From: Magallana gigas
Lineage: Eukaryota
Direction of reading: 5' to 3'
Assembly (NCBI RefSeq): GCF_963853765.1
Contig: NC_088862.1
Span: 3,286,001 to 3,350,000, forward strand
Length of the DNA: 64,000 bases
Shown here: positions 44,001-57,931 of the stretch, piece after piece
Numbering within the stretch: the stretch's first letter is position 1
How the letters are laid out: every line of letters starts with the position of its first letter
Notes under the pieces: generated by a model
Database searches by the model: none
What the model saw: the letters and a program-made list of their open reading frames with translations, nothing else
Told to the model about the DNA's origin: nothing
Position numbers and translations under genes: made by a program

Positions 44001-45921
44001 ATCGTAAGCTATTGATTCTGCGCTGTATTTCCATTATTTCAATTACTTTGCTTGTAAAGTTTTGTTGTCACATGCTCTTTTTTGGTTTTCCAAAGTTCCT
44101 TTATCCTTATTTTGCCTTTGAGAATGATTCCTCTAACTGCAACCGTCAAAACGGTTTGAGCATGTGACATAAAGGTTATTATTTCACATATCACCAATTT
44201 GAATATTAAAATATTCTATAGTTTTCATTCCAATTTGCTTTTTTTTGTAGGACGAATGTAGAAAGCTTGTCTGCAATCCAAGGAAAACTCTAGTGAATGG
44301 AACTTGCAAAACAATGATTTCATCCTACAAATCAAAAACCTATAATGTTGCATTTCAGGCGGTCATTTATTCAGAGATCATAATGGAGATTTACAAATAT
44401 GATGTCATTCAAAAGATAAAATCGATTGTTATAGAAGATCTCTCCAATGATTCAGATTTGGAAATTCTTGATTTTAAATACTACCATCGAGTTAACAGGA
44501 CATGTGAGAGGATGATCGAAGTATCCAAACTTAACCCTCTTTCGATTGAAGCATTCGTAAGGATATACTTCCGCAGAAAATCTGGTTCTAAATTTTTGGA
44601 TTCCGATATGATCGAACACTCCCTATTCAATGCGACTTCGAAAACTCGGTCCTGGGGAAACATATCAATAAACATTCATAAAAGTATTCATGCTTGGTTC
44701 CTTCCAATTTCTAAGACTGAAATGTACTCGACTCCATTCTGTAATGGTCTCCTGGAATATCGCTTTTCCTCTTATGATAGAAGCGATCCCGGCACGGATA
44801 TAACGGAATTGCTGTTCTGTCCAAAAGTGTTGCTTAATCCCGATAAATATACGATTTCTTCGGACGGCTTGCAAGCGTTTGTCAAATACCTGAATCGAAC
44901 GTTTTATCACAATGAATTTTTTCGGGGGGTCAACAATACTCTCCACATTTGTGCTAGTGATCTCTCCTCTGGTGTTATGGCGTTAACAACCCTTGAAAGA
45001 CAATCAAAACGATCAGAGTTTCCACTTGCTCTTCAAGTTATATCAATCTTTTCTACATGTATCTCTTTGATTGCTCTGTGTATTACATTCATTGTGTACT
45101 GCGTTCTTGAAAAATTGCGATCCATTCCGGGGCAGAATTTGATGTGTTTCGTAGGATCCCTATTCTTTGCTCAACTTTTCTCACTATTGAAAGACTTTTT
45201 TACTGTGAATACCGTGGTGTGTGAAGGAGTGGGCATTTTAACATACTATTTCTGGGTGTCGGTATTTACGACCGCCAGTGTATGTTGTTTTCACATGTGT
45301 CGTGTGTTTGTTTGTAACGCCAGATTTCAGAACAAATCGTTTTGCACTCAAACCGTAGTGTGGTATATGATATATTCGTTTTCAGTGCCTCTCCTTCTCA
45401 CCGTTATCACTATAGGATGTCATGTTATTTTATCGCCTTCTCGTCTATCTGGTTTTGGGGGATACGCTTGCTTCACACTTGACAGAGATACTCAACTGTT
45501 CGCTTTTATTATTCCTATAACTGTTATTTGTTTCGTAAATTTCATTTTATTCTCAGTTACTTTTTATAAAATCCATGATGCCCCGACAATGGAAACGGCT
45601 AATTCCCATTGTAGAAACGATCTCTTCATTTACTTCAAATTGTTTCTTTTGACAGGAACAGCGTGGTTGCTACAGGTTATCGACGGTCTGTTTGCCTTGT
45701 CTCCATTTTCCTATCTTGTAACAATATTTAATGCTCTTCAGGGTTTGTACATCATGATTTCTTTTGTCTTGAACGATCGCGTGAAAAATATGTTTCGTGA
45801 ACTTGGGATGAATGAGAGGTTTAGATTCCTGCATGTTACTTTTAAGTCTTCACACACTACGGGAAGTACACAACTCACACAGAGAATCACTGCTTCCTCA
45901 AACCATGAAAGCCACGTATAA
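41081..45921 (+). CDS. Family-B-like (Methuselah/adhesion-related) GPCR with large Cys-rich ectodomain; join 41081-41084, 41924-43800, 44251-45921 (3552 nt, 1183 aa)
   Basis: ATGC|gtgagt micro first exon, tttttcag acceptor in phase 1, CAG|gtaaga / ttgtag|GAC in phase 0. Signal peptide, somatomedin-B-like CSCxxxCxxxxxCC motifs, seven hydrophobic helices with 7tm_2-style LRSIPGQNLMC, CEGVGILTYYFW and FNALQG. Confidence 0.88.
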
Positions 45922-45927
45922 ATTTCG

Positions 45928-46366
45928 TACAGTACCGATTATTAGACCCAACCAAACAGAAAGTAAGTCCCAACTAAGCCCTGGGTTAACTTTCTGGGTT
46001 CACTTTGGGTTTACTCTTGGTTAACTAGAGAGGACCAAGACTTAATGCTATAGAAAACCCAGAATGGACACAGAGGGTCAACCCCGATCAGTATACCTTT
46101 GAAAGCAGACAATACATGTGTAATCTGAATATACACAGGGCAGGAATTACAGGCAGTAGGGTGGTAAGATAAAAGATGGGTCTGCTTCACAACTCAGTGT
46201 GTACAGTTGACCTTAAAAGCAATTCCCGAGTAAACCCAAAGTAAACCCCGAGTGGACCCACATTTTCAAAAAACAGACCCAGGGTAAACCCAAGTAAATC
46301 CAAAAGTAAACCCAGGGTGTAGTTGAGGTTTACTTTGGTATTAGCTTGGGTCTGATCGGTTCTGTA
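45928..46366. mobile_element. TA-flanked MITE with internal gtaaaccc/gggtttac repeats
   Basis: TA-cagtaccgat...agaccc / gggtctgatcggttctg-TA. Confidence 0.7.
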
Positions 46367-46561
46367 TAGAAATAGGGATTCTTGGCCCCAAGAAAGGTTT
46401 GAACTTCCCGATACCTCAATTCATACGTTAAGTCCTTTTATTCTTTTTTGGTTTGATTTCGATTGGAATTTACTGCATCAAGACTTTATTTCTGAATTTG
46501 ATAAAGCACCAATTTCTCCAGCTACATCATTATTTATCATTATGTTTTTCTTTTTCTCGTT

Positions 46562-46562
<1 letters not shown>

Positions 46563-46613
<51 letters not shown>
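46563..46613. repeat. (CT)n microsatellite
   Basis: Direct reading. Confidence 0.95.
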
Positions 46614-46616
<3 letters not shown>

Positions 46617-46909
46617 CCCTTTTCTTAGAGTATAAAACCTCAAAGTCAAAATTAAAGTCTTTTTTGTTTGGCCCTTACCAAACATAACATCTGTGTCAAT
46701 TTCACTTCGTGTATCCTTTGCCCTCAAATCTACCTTAGTAAATGATATGACCAGCTACACGACGCACAACATATTTTCTTTCTTTTATTTTCTTTTGCAT
46801 GTCCTTAAAAATGCAATGAGTTCTATTTCTCCATATTCCATTGTTGTAGGAATTCAACTCAATATTGTTTTAATTGTATTGTATATCATACTTGTGAAAT
46901 ACTTTTCAA

Positions 46910-46912
<3 letters not shown>

Positions 46913-46993
<81 letters not shown>
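46913..46993. repeat. (AT)n microsatellite
   Basis: Direct reading. Confidence 0.95.
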
Positions 46994-46996
<3 letters not shown>

Positions 46997-49900
46997 TATG
47001 AATCGTGATTCCGCTTTGGCTATAAAGGTTCACGTTTATGTATGTATGTCCTAAACAGTAAATTATTTATTTATCATCTTCGAGTAATCAATTCGGTTTT
47101 AGTTTTTAAAAAAAGAGCTTCTTTTTTTTTATTAATCTCAAAGTCGATCACTCGCATGAAATACATAAAAAATTTCAATAAGGAAAATTATTTATCTATG
47201 TTAAAAGTATAATTCATACGTGGATAAAGAGAGCAAAGATATTATCTTTAATCATTTTATTTTATATACAAAGTTTTGACTTCTTATATTATCATTCATT
47301 TTCTATAGGTAAAATTTGATTTAAGAAGATAATATAAAAGCTGCCTTATTCAAACTCATATAAACTGGGTTTAAACCGTTTAGACATGTAATGAATTGCT
47401 TTACGGCTGATATTTTGTATGTATTCATTTAGCGAACGTGTAAACTGCTTCAGCATTATGATTGTATTAAGATTGGAGTTATTAGCTCCATTTATTGAAG
47501 TAAAACTAGAGCTTGATATTTGATTTCATTTTACAATATATGTGGCAATAAAACAAATTAAGCTGCACTTGAAACAAAATGAATTTAATCAGCATCGATT
47601 AAAGCAAAGAAGGTGTTGCAAAACAGTGGGACTATTCCCTAACGTAGAAAAGACCTTTAAATATCCGTATCGCTTGAGAGCCACATCTAACTATAGACAC
47701 ATTACGTAGACGACTATATTTACATAGCGGGTATGTTCCGTATGAGGCAAAATAAACAAACATTTTACGTGCAATTCTATCACACACGGCAGCCACCAAA
47801 TACTAGTACATGTATTTGGTTACAGTTAGAAAGATAACTATAATTATACATGATTTCTGTATATTTGAATGTTATAACATATCTCAATTTGATATCTACT
47901 GTCCGGCTTGTTTAAAATATCATTCTTGAGATACATGAATAAATCTGATTCTGGCTCTTTAAAACCGTCAGAGTTGTAATTATAATCATTCTATGTTTCT
48001 ATAGTATCTAAATAAACGCTAAGTTTAGTCAAAAAGTACAAATGTTTCCGTACATATTTGCAGTAACCTATTGTTTCATCACCGATTCATACTTTCTCAA
48101 ATGATTTTGTTTGCTTTTAACAACCTGTACATGTATCTTTGAAATCAACATACCCGTTTATTTCATAAAAAGGGTGAAAAATCAACTTTCTACATTGATG
48201 CATACTAAGTACATTGTTTTGAAATCTCTTGTTCAGAAGAAAATATTTTTCAAGTTTATAAAGAGGACCCCACACAGTAATGTTGAAAAAAAAAGCAGAC
48301 ATGCAAAATATTACATTAACAAGGGTTTAAATAATTTTATTCAGACATTCTTAAATTATATCTATACATTACCTTTCCATGCGATTAAAAGAAATAAAAT
48401 TAAAATTAAAAAAATCCAACTTTTTCTGGATTCGAACCCAGTCAAAAATGTAAGACAGGGTTTTAACTTATTCTAACTGCGTAACCACTCGACTACTCTA
48501 GACATCAATTACCGAGGGGAAATTAAATACATCGTTTTTAGATTTCAAAGGTATTAATGATTTTTTCCAAAAGTCAGGTTTTTTAAAAATATGCCTCTTT
48601 GAAACAAAAATCGGAAATGGCAGTTTTCAAGAAATTGTCTTACTATAAACGTTAAGATTAAATTAATTTTGTTTCAAGGAGGCATTTTTTCCACAATGAT
48701 GAGGATTCCCCTTTTATATAGCGTGCATTCTGCCACATTTGTCTGTGTAACCATTTTCAAATTTATTTCATGGTCTTAAATAAGTTAGTACTAACTTTCC
48801 AAATAACATTCTACACTGCTTTATGTACAACGTTGCATGAAAAAAGATTTACATCGAAATCTTTAACTTTTATTTTTTCTATTTTATCTGCAACTCCTTT
48901 AGGAAAAATTAGCATAGGAACTGCAACACCTTCTTTGAATGGACAGTTTTATAGATTTAAAGAAACTATTTGATCGGTATTAAAGTGTTAAGATACAAAT
49001 AATGGCAACTATGAAACGGTTAAGGATCAGGGTAATACTCACTCCCTTTTGTAGGGTTATTTTTGCTGCTAAACCAATACTTTCGTTTTACCAAATTTAC
49101 TGTTTCCGTAATTATTTTTTGATGTTTCAAATAAATACACACAAATGTCAGTAAAAACGATTAATATTTGATTAATAAATGGCAATTACTCTAGAATGTC
49201 TGCCTTTCGCACTTTCCATTTTTTATAACCGAAGAATAACACAGAAATTAAAGAACCTTAAACTGGATTGATTGATTCTGACATCTTTTAACCATTCGAA
49301 AATTCTCGGGACGGGCGCAATTTTCAATATTTTTACCTGACTACGCTTCATGTCATTTACAATGTAGATCCCCAATAGACCTTTTTTGGTCGTTTATTGA
49401 AACCTGAAGCAATTAAGGAAATATTTTAAAACAGAAAAAACTGGCCTTTTTTGATTCTAGTTAATGAATGTAACTGCAACACGAAAGTTTTGCATAATTA
49501 TCGAAATATTTGAGCAAAGTCATTGTGGAAGCAGTAGCAATATAAAGTTTAGTACTTTATTTTAAGTTTTATCATCTTTTAATTTCACAGTCATTATCTG
49601 AAAAGAGAAACTTAGTCATTTCAACTATTTTTTGGTAGGACCTCAAAAAGTGACACAGTAAGGATAGACGTTTTGAATGCTTAATTTTTAGCATATCAAG
49701 GCAATGAGGTAGCGACAAAAGTGACGATAAGGCAAACATCAATAGTTTAAAAACATATGAATATAATATATTTTAATGATATTTTATGTAATAAAAACAA
49801 AACACCTATTTGACATTCTTTGATATGACTTAATGTATATCAATGCCATGCATTTATTCACATCAAATTTTAATTTCTACATTGTGTTAATAGCAACTAA

Positions 49901-52900
49901 AACAGATATTCCCCTGTCTCCTCAAAAATGCACAAACAATCGTGAAATTCGTTTTTGAACAACGAAATAAAGTTTCATAAAAGATACTTTAACGAGCAGT
50001 AAAATAAAATGCTGATGTAACATTCCTTAAAAGGACCTAGACACAATTTGAGCTTTAACCTTCCATTTTTTTTTATTTTGAATGTATATAATAGTTTATA
50101 TTGGTAAATCTAATGCTTTATGAAAAGTTAGATAGCAAATATCAAGTTACAAGCAAAGAATCGAACAGAGTTTAAAATTATTTGTTTTGTAAATGTATCA
50201 TATAATACAATATCAGTGTGTTTAATATCATACAATATCATAATACAATATATTTGTATACTATCATACAGGATCATGATACGATATTGTATTGTGTCAT
50301 CTATGCAATATTTAATTCATCATATGATACACAGCGATCGTAATTTCTTTCCTTAACATTATTTGTTAATATTTAGAAGACTCGAGTATTGTTTTCATAA
50401 CCTTTGGATCCACTCCTAAAGGATCACCTGAATTGACCTATAGGGCCTGTATCGGTTTCTGGCTTTACAAAAAGCATATTGATTTCCGTTGCATTTCTTG
50501 ATTTTAAGTGATACACAGAAACTCTTAATGGACGCTTTTTAGTACTTGTGCTGTCCCCAGCGAAAGAAAAAGACTATGCTTTGTCTGTAAATTTTATTAA
50601 CGCAGCATCACTGTCGAATGACAGAGTAAATTCTAGAGAAAAACAAAACACAAATGTTTACTTATACATTCACAAAAACACATTCGTACTAGAAAGTTTT
50701 GGTTTTAAGATATTCAAAGATAAATTCACCAAATAGTAATTCACAAATGTATTTACCCTGTGGGCCTCTATTTATAAGCCAAAGATGAAAACTAGCTGCA
50801 CAAGCCATGCGGTTTTGATTTCGTTTAAGACTATATCCGGTTACACTAAATACCCGTAAAAGATATAATAGAACACTTTTAAACTACTTCCGGTTACATT
50901 AATAACCTGTAAAAAAAAACCAAACGTAACAGAACAGTACTTTTTTCTCTTTTAATTTTATTTTCAGTTTTCTGTCTATAATCCGATACATGTACTTTTC
51001 CAATTATTTACAACCAGAGATATAATTGCAACTACCGAAGGTCTCGCGTAGCACGGTTGTTTGCCTAAATTTTATTTTATTCTTTTGAACACATGAAAAT
51101 ATTAACATAATTTCCTTGAAAAAATAAGGAATGTGTTATTTTATATTGTACCGATTGTCAACTGCTGTGACTCAGGTAATCAATACAAAAAGGTACAAGA
51201 AGGATCCAGTTGTCGTCTGCCACTGACAATGGAGCACCCATTATACAGCGATCCTTACTATAGAAAAAACAAAAGTCTGTTTTAATAGCTTATTTATTTA
51301 TCAATTAATGATACTAAACTTGCTTTTGAGTATCATTTCAGTTATTATCAGTATTATACAAGTACTTAATTTAAACGTGCTTATTAAATATTTTTTTCTT
51401 TATTTAAAAAGTCATTAATTGATTTAATAACAAATTTCTCTGAATTGGCAAATATATATAGATGTTATTAAGAAGCAAAACAATAATTAATTCATACAGA
51501 AAATTTTCAACCTTTTATTGACCTTTTGATTTCAGTGCAGGAGAGACAAGTCGGGCATGTTTGTTCTCAGTCAAGTGTTTTGAGACCATAAAATTGATTT
51601 GCATTTTGCATAATAACAAGCCGTTAAGTGAAATTGATTCTTAGTTAATCTGCAAAAATAAACCAGCAGGACAGATACCATCTATATTTCAGTGACTTGT
51701 GTTTTAAATTGAAATGGAGAATGTTTGTAGGCAGAACTTTATTCAAACTGTTTGAATCTTGTTTAGCAAACACAAATTGCAATCATGCGACTTTAACGTA
51801 CTTACTGGAGTTTGAACTGTTTGTGCGTAAGGTAGGAAGTGGGGGATATCCATGTGTTTTCATTGTAAATGGTGTTCATTTCGGATGTGTAAATACTCAA
51901 TGTGAATCAGATATTTTTCGGTAACAATGAAGTTTTTATTTCATGAATGTGTAGTATTGGTTTTTCAAATATTACAGGCAAAAGTTTGTGTTCGGTAATA
52001 TTTTATTAATTATAGATGTTGTATTACAAGCAAGTTACTTGGGAACCATACATATAATTTCTACGTACCATAAATCTGCCTTAAATAGAGACAAATGTAA
52101 TGAGTCTTAGTGCTGATATTTCGATCAGTTATTCAACAGTGGTTCCACGGAGAACTTTCTACATATTTTACAGGTAAAGGGTTCGAGCTAACGATGCACC
52201 AATACAACATTTTTGTAATTTTTTTTTTATCTCAGCTGTATATTTATTCCTTTGTATCCATCATGGGTTTGGGATTATGGAAAATTTTCAGCGTCACAAT
52301 CTGGGTCAGGGGCTGCGGAACTAGGTAATTACCACTAATGCGAATTTTTTTTTCGTGTCAGTTCAAAACTCTGTGTAATCTACCATTTGGGGAGTCTACT
52401 TTGGGGTGAAATCCTCAGCTTTTGCTTTTAGCCAGGTGAGGCAAGTTAAAGGGCCGAACCGGAACTTGATATATTGCACACATTCTTGGTAGATGTACAA
52501 AGAGGCGTGTTTACACCACAATCACCTGTGTGTGTAGGGGGGAGGGGGTACGGGAATTGATCCCTGTTGACAGGTTATGCTTAGTTATAGTTATATCGCT
52601 TCGAGAATCGGAAAATACATGAACCTGACTAAGTTTTGCCATAAAAATGTAAATTATAACAAAAATAAAATTAATTGACGTCAAATTAATAAGTATAAAA
52701 AAAACTGATGTACATCAACTCATCTGAACTCAGTTATAACATCGTTTACGAATTTCTCACTTAAGACTACAAGGCAGCATATTTTTTGTGCATGAGCAAT
52801 ATTGTCCTCGTTTTTAAAATTCATACTACAATTATGATACCATTTCAAGAGAAAAATGGATGAGATAAAAGTTTTAAAAAATCAATCTCATTCGAACACC

Positions 52901-53576
52901 ACAAATCTACTAAATCTCATAATTATATCCGTCCACGTTAAAGATGAGGTTTTTACCCTATCCAGTATAATAGAGTCTTCTTGAATATTTGTTCTGGAAC
53001 CATTATGACGTCATAATTGATTTAATGAATCTTTGTTCGTAATTTACACCTTTAAAATATTTGATAAGAAAAAAAGATCTATATCTGTATTTAAAGTAAC
53101 ATCAATACAAAGTGTTTGAAAGAGACTGTATGCATTCTATATATAATTCATTAGTATAATCACAGAAGTTGAAATGTTTCTTTTTTATGCCCTTTCAAAA
53201 CTTTTTTTTTCTGAAAAACAATGCAGTCATAAGCGGTATTCTCGTATATAACAATTAATTTTTAGACCATAAACGTTATTGATCATGTTAATTAAGAATA
53301 AAAACACAAGAAGAAGGGTATATTTTGCACCTACGAAAATAAAAATTTCCCTTAAGCTTCTTGAACTGCACTCGGCCTTGTTATTAACCTAAGTCCGAAG
53401 ACAGCAGAATATACCGTGTAATCTATAAAATAAATAAGGAGCGTCCCCTTTACCCCCTTCTTTCCCCGCCGAACATCTTGTAGTGTTACCTGATACATAG
53501 TTTGTTTAAAGATATCTGCTCTCTTCATTAAAAAACATGCAAATTGCTGAAAACCACCTGCATTGTAAATTGTAAT

Positions 53577-54270
53577 TTTTTTTTTTAATATACAGTTTTT
53601 CAATTTATAATACATATAACACATTCATACACGCATACATACAAGTCATGATCTTATAAATCTAGAAAACTATTCAAGTTGATACAATTTTGCTGAAATG
53701 AATAAAGCTTTTCCATTCAAACCATCTAGTATCATTATGTTAATCATAAGAAGAGTTTCTGATAGCAACACATTTTTCAATTTTGTATCTAATGTCTAAG
53801 TGACATAGAAGACCTGCAAATATTGGAACTTTTTTGTTGTACAGACATTGAAAAAATATATTGTTTTGTATAGAGGATCAAAGTGTTGATGACTAAGTTA
53901 GAATTTGAAGGAGGAGTCTTTCCAAATAATATGTTATTCTCATTAAAGCCAACTCTTTTTGAAACAGCATGATATACATGTATATGCATACTTAAACTAC
54001 TCCATAAATCTAAAGCAAAGGAACAGGATATGAAAATATGTTTAATAGTTTCAACTTCATAATTACAAAAAGAACATGTATCATTATCAACTATTTTTAT
54101 CTTTTTTAGATACGATTTTACAGGAAGAATTCTATGTAGAGTTCTATATTGTAGCCACTGTATATAGTAGTATCTGTTGAAACATACTTTGAAAACATCC
54201 TGTAAAATTAGTTCGGAGAAGCCTCTTTCAAAGTTCTTAAAAAAGGATAGCTTTAGAGTCTTTTAAAATG
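53577..54270 (-). mobile_element. 5'-truncated L1/Tx1-type LINE: ORF2 C-terminus with zf-RVT, one frameshift, 3'UTR and A-tail
   Basis: QWLQYRTLHRILPVKSYLKKIKIVDNDTCSFCNYEVETIKHIFISC...NILFG...LILYTKQYIF, then after a +1 shift QCLYNKKVPIFAGLLCHLDIRYKIEKCVA; A-run at about 53577-53586. Confidence 0.88.
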
Positions 54271-56673
54271 CAATCAACAGCATATCTTACAAATCATGAA
54301 TAACATTTCCATATTTTGATTTTACAAAGAAAGTGAACCAAATATTTTGTCATGAGAATCAACCCACATTGCTTGAGAAAAATTTTTAACGAATGAATGA
54401 CTGACAAGACTGACTGTCAACAATTGAGGAAACACTTTGATTTACATGATTACAGTGTGACATTTTTTCATATGTCATTTTTAGTGAAAAAAGGTTGGAA
54501 TTTTGTATCATTTAATATTAATTCGTTTGATGAGATATCGGTGCTTCTGACTGGTCGAAAATTTCTTTGATACCTGCATCAGTAAAATTTTGACCGGATT
54601 TACTTTTTTCATCTGTTATTAAACACTTTTTATAGAACGGGAATTTCCAAAACAAACACTGTCAACAAAGTGTAAAGTTGTGTCTGTTTAATTGTCAGCA
54701 AACCAAATACAAATATATAGGTATGAAAAATTAAAAGTTTCACCTTTAAATATAAACAATACATTTTATTAAATTCCAAAATAGAAATTAAGGGTCTTCT
54801 CACGATTTCGTCTGCTTGAGATCAATCAACATTTACTGCGAGGCTGGCTGTTCTTTTTCCAGGAATAATTATAACGAACATATTGGCCTATTCATTTTTA
54901 CGGTAACACTGGTGTTCAAATTTGGTAACGATGAGTTTTAAATTTACACATATACATGATCGGTCATCAGAATAAGCATCGTAAAGCAAAGCTTCTGTAT
55001 GAGTAGTGCATCAACTCCATCGGCGCATTCCGAGCGGCAGATATCTTTTTAAGTTCATCACAGGCTATCTAGTTACCACAACGTTCACAAAAGTAACTTA
55101 TACAGACTATTCTTTGTCGACATTTCGACCACGATCGCCTCTACTTACATGGATATGCCCAGTTGCATTATATAGCGATCTAATAAAAAAACCAAATTTA
55201 ACGATCTTTCAGCAAATTGAACAACATCACAAGATATTGCACGTATTTTCCTTTCGTTTTTAATCCACCCAGTTCAGATTTTAACTCGCTATTTGTGTTT
55301 AATCCGTTAAATTCAGCTTAATAGCTCTGCATCAGCTGAAGGTGCATCCATTTTGAATATTGTTGATTTTGTTGTTTTGTATTCATACGCGCCGCTTCAT
55401 TTAAGTTATTTACATTTTTGATCAATGACACTTCACATTCTATGTTTTGAAAATGTTTTATTAAATGATAATAAATGAAGATAATAATATTTCTACTGAT
55501 CGACGTATCAAAGAAAAAAATTGGCCCAAAAACTTTTTCATCAATACTGACTTTAATATTAACCGTGAGTATACCCCGACTTTACTGAACGGAGTTTGTC
55601 ACGAACTGCCCAAAGTCAAATCTCTTGATAAAAGAGATCGAGATGTAGTCAGAAGCATTTTATGAACAACACGTTATTGTAACTAATGTAATATTAACAA
55701 ATTGGCGATGACTTTCATCTTAAATCAAAATGTAAGGTATTATGTAACTAACGTAGGAAGTTATTCTAACATGATATATAACATAACATCTAACAATACT
55801 TAAAATGATGTTTTATGTATATATGTACACATGTTATTTTCCAATTTTCAAGTTAGAATGTCTAACTTTAATGTTGGAAATTCAAACTTTCGTCTACGAT
55901 TTTCTTTAAAGTTGATATTTTCAATTCGGAATTTCTATTGTCAAAGTAGAAGTTTTCAGCTTTGATTTTAAAATTTTTATAAATGATACATGAACATGTA
56001 TTCCGAGTAGTTTTTCATTTTCAGACAAATGTCTTTTAAAAAATTCATGTTTATCAACGCGGTGCAGATAATGGCATAAACAAAATACAAACGTATACAA
56101 ATTGTACCGCTTTGTTTTTATTGTAACTGTCTCTTCTTGACACAATTCGATATTTGATCACTGATATGTAATGCATATATACCCAAAACAGTTTTGTATG
56201 AAAAACATTTCAGACAGTTTCGAGGCACGTTAAAACTGATATTTTTTCCATACAGAACTGTTTTTGGCATTTATCGTACTTAAATCACTGCCATTGAATT
56301 GTAGACTGCTGTAACAAAGGAATGACATCATGTACAGCCATGCATGACACTGTCTTTAGAGCGGATCGCCCTTAGCTGGTCGGAAGCTTAATGCCAGAAC
56401 TTGCCAAGGCGCTTGTGCCCCCGCCTATTGAATGCTAGTTTATGATCAAATAAGATTTGATCCAACGGGAATCTGTGTTTGAAAAAATACATTTAAATAT
56501 CACGTTAATGAGAATAATTTTTGCTTTGATATGCAATGATGAATCGTTCTGAAAACACAGAAAATAAAGCGCACTGAAAATTACGACGTTCAATTTAAAA
56601 ATTCCCAACTCAAAGTTTAAATGAAACTGAATACAGTCGACTCTATTTTTATTCGGCAATATATATCGCTAAA

Positions 56674-56880
56674 GAGCACATGGCGGGTGTCCACAGATTT
56701 TCCCGTTGATGACAAGGAGACACGGCGGATGTGACTTGTCAGCAGAGGATGCTCTCTACTTGTCACCTGATCCTACCTCTAAGTTTTTTTTAAAGGTTTG
56801 TGTTTGTCCTGCTTCTATTTTGTACTTTTCCTTTGGACTTTTGATTTTGACCACTGTTCGTTTTCACCACATCTCGACAA
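56674..56880 (+). mobile_element. Remnant resembling the 3' end of an abundant bivalve Penelope-like retroelement
   Basis: cacggcgg.tgtgac..gtcagcagaggatgct...cacctgatcctacctct...gtttg.cc...ctattttgta...gaccactgttcgtt motif order recalled; not searched. Confidence 0.5.
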
Positions 56881-57931
56881 AAGGATTTAAATCTATCTGA
56901 TACATTATCATAATTAAAAAGTCCTCAGATATGAGGTATTTCAAGAGTTGTTTTTACTTTCCGAAGACATTTTTAAGACAATAAAGACAATTATTATTAT
57001 CTTTGGCACATTGGCGTAAAGTGAATAGACATTTTTTCATGCGCCATAACAATCATCAGTTTTTCAAATATAAAATGTAAAGTATTCATTACCAGAAAAG
57101 GAAAGGAAAATATGTTTTGTCAATACCTAAGATGAAAAAAAACCATACTCCAAAAGCTGAATGCGTTTTATTGATAAATAATTATGCACGCTTTTCTGAA
57201 TTGCACTCAATGTTACTTATGTTAAGGCAATTAAAATGGCCAGGAATCTTGATTGAACCGACACAATGCAAATGAATCACCGACGCAGTACAAACATTAA
57301 ACAACTCCTGATATCCATAACATTTATATTTAGCTACATTTTAAGATATTTACATTTTCCAGTGCCCTGGTCTGTGATAACACTACGAATCGATTTGGTA
57401 ATGTCAAATACATTTTATCAATACCTATTTTTATATTTAATCGTATTGCAAAAATTATATAAATATGTCATCTTTCTTTGAATATTATTTGATCACCTCA
57501 TAATGCTCTAAGATGAATCCTTATTTTTCAAATTAACTAGGCATACTTAGAAAAGTTATTTAAAAATGTAAAGGATAAAACGCATGTAATTCAGGTATTT
57601 GGCTCATTCGATTTAAACATAGATAATGTTATGTCTTCTTTGAGATCCACCATCAATATTTAATCAAGTGATACATTCAATGCAAAGTTTACATATGAAC
57701 AGACAATATTGAACCACATGAACGATCAGACGGTCAAAATGCATTTGATTATCAATCTTAAAATTTTATTCAACCTCAATATTTTTTTTCTAACATTAAA
57801 AGAAAGATTGTAATACAACGAAGAAACAAGAAACTATTTAACAGTTAAAGATAACTAAACTGTGGAAGTCAGTCAGCCCGTAATATTTTAAATCTTGATG
57901 TTAAAACTGAAATAAGCTGGATTAAAGATGA

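Noticed and set aside
55465-55665. 66-aa ORF
   Set aside because: No recognisable motif or convincing splice boundaries.
56706-56900. 64-aa ORF and a protein-like antisense frame
   Set aside because: Explained by the retroelement 3' remnant.
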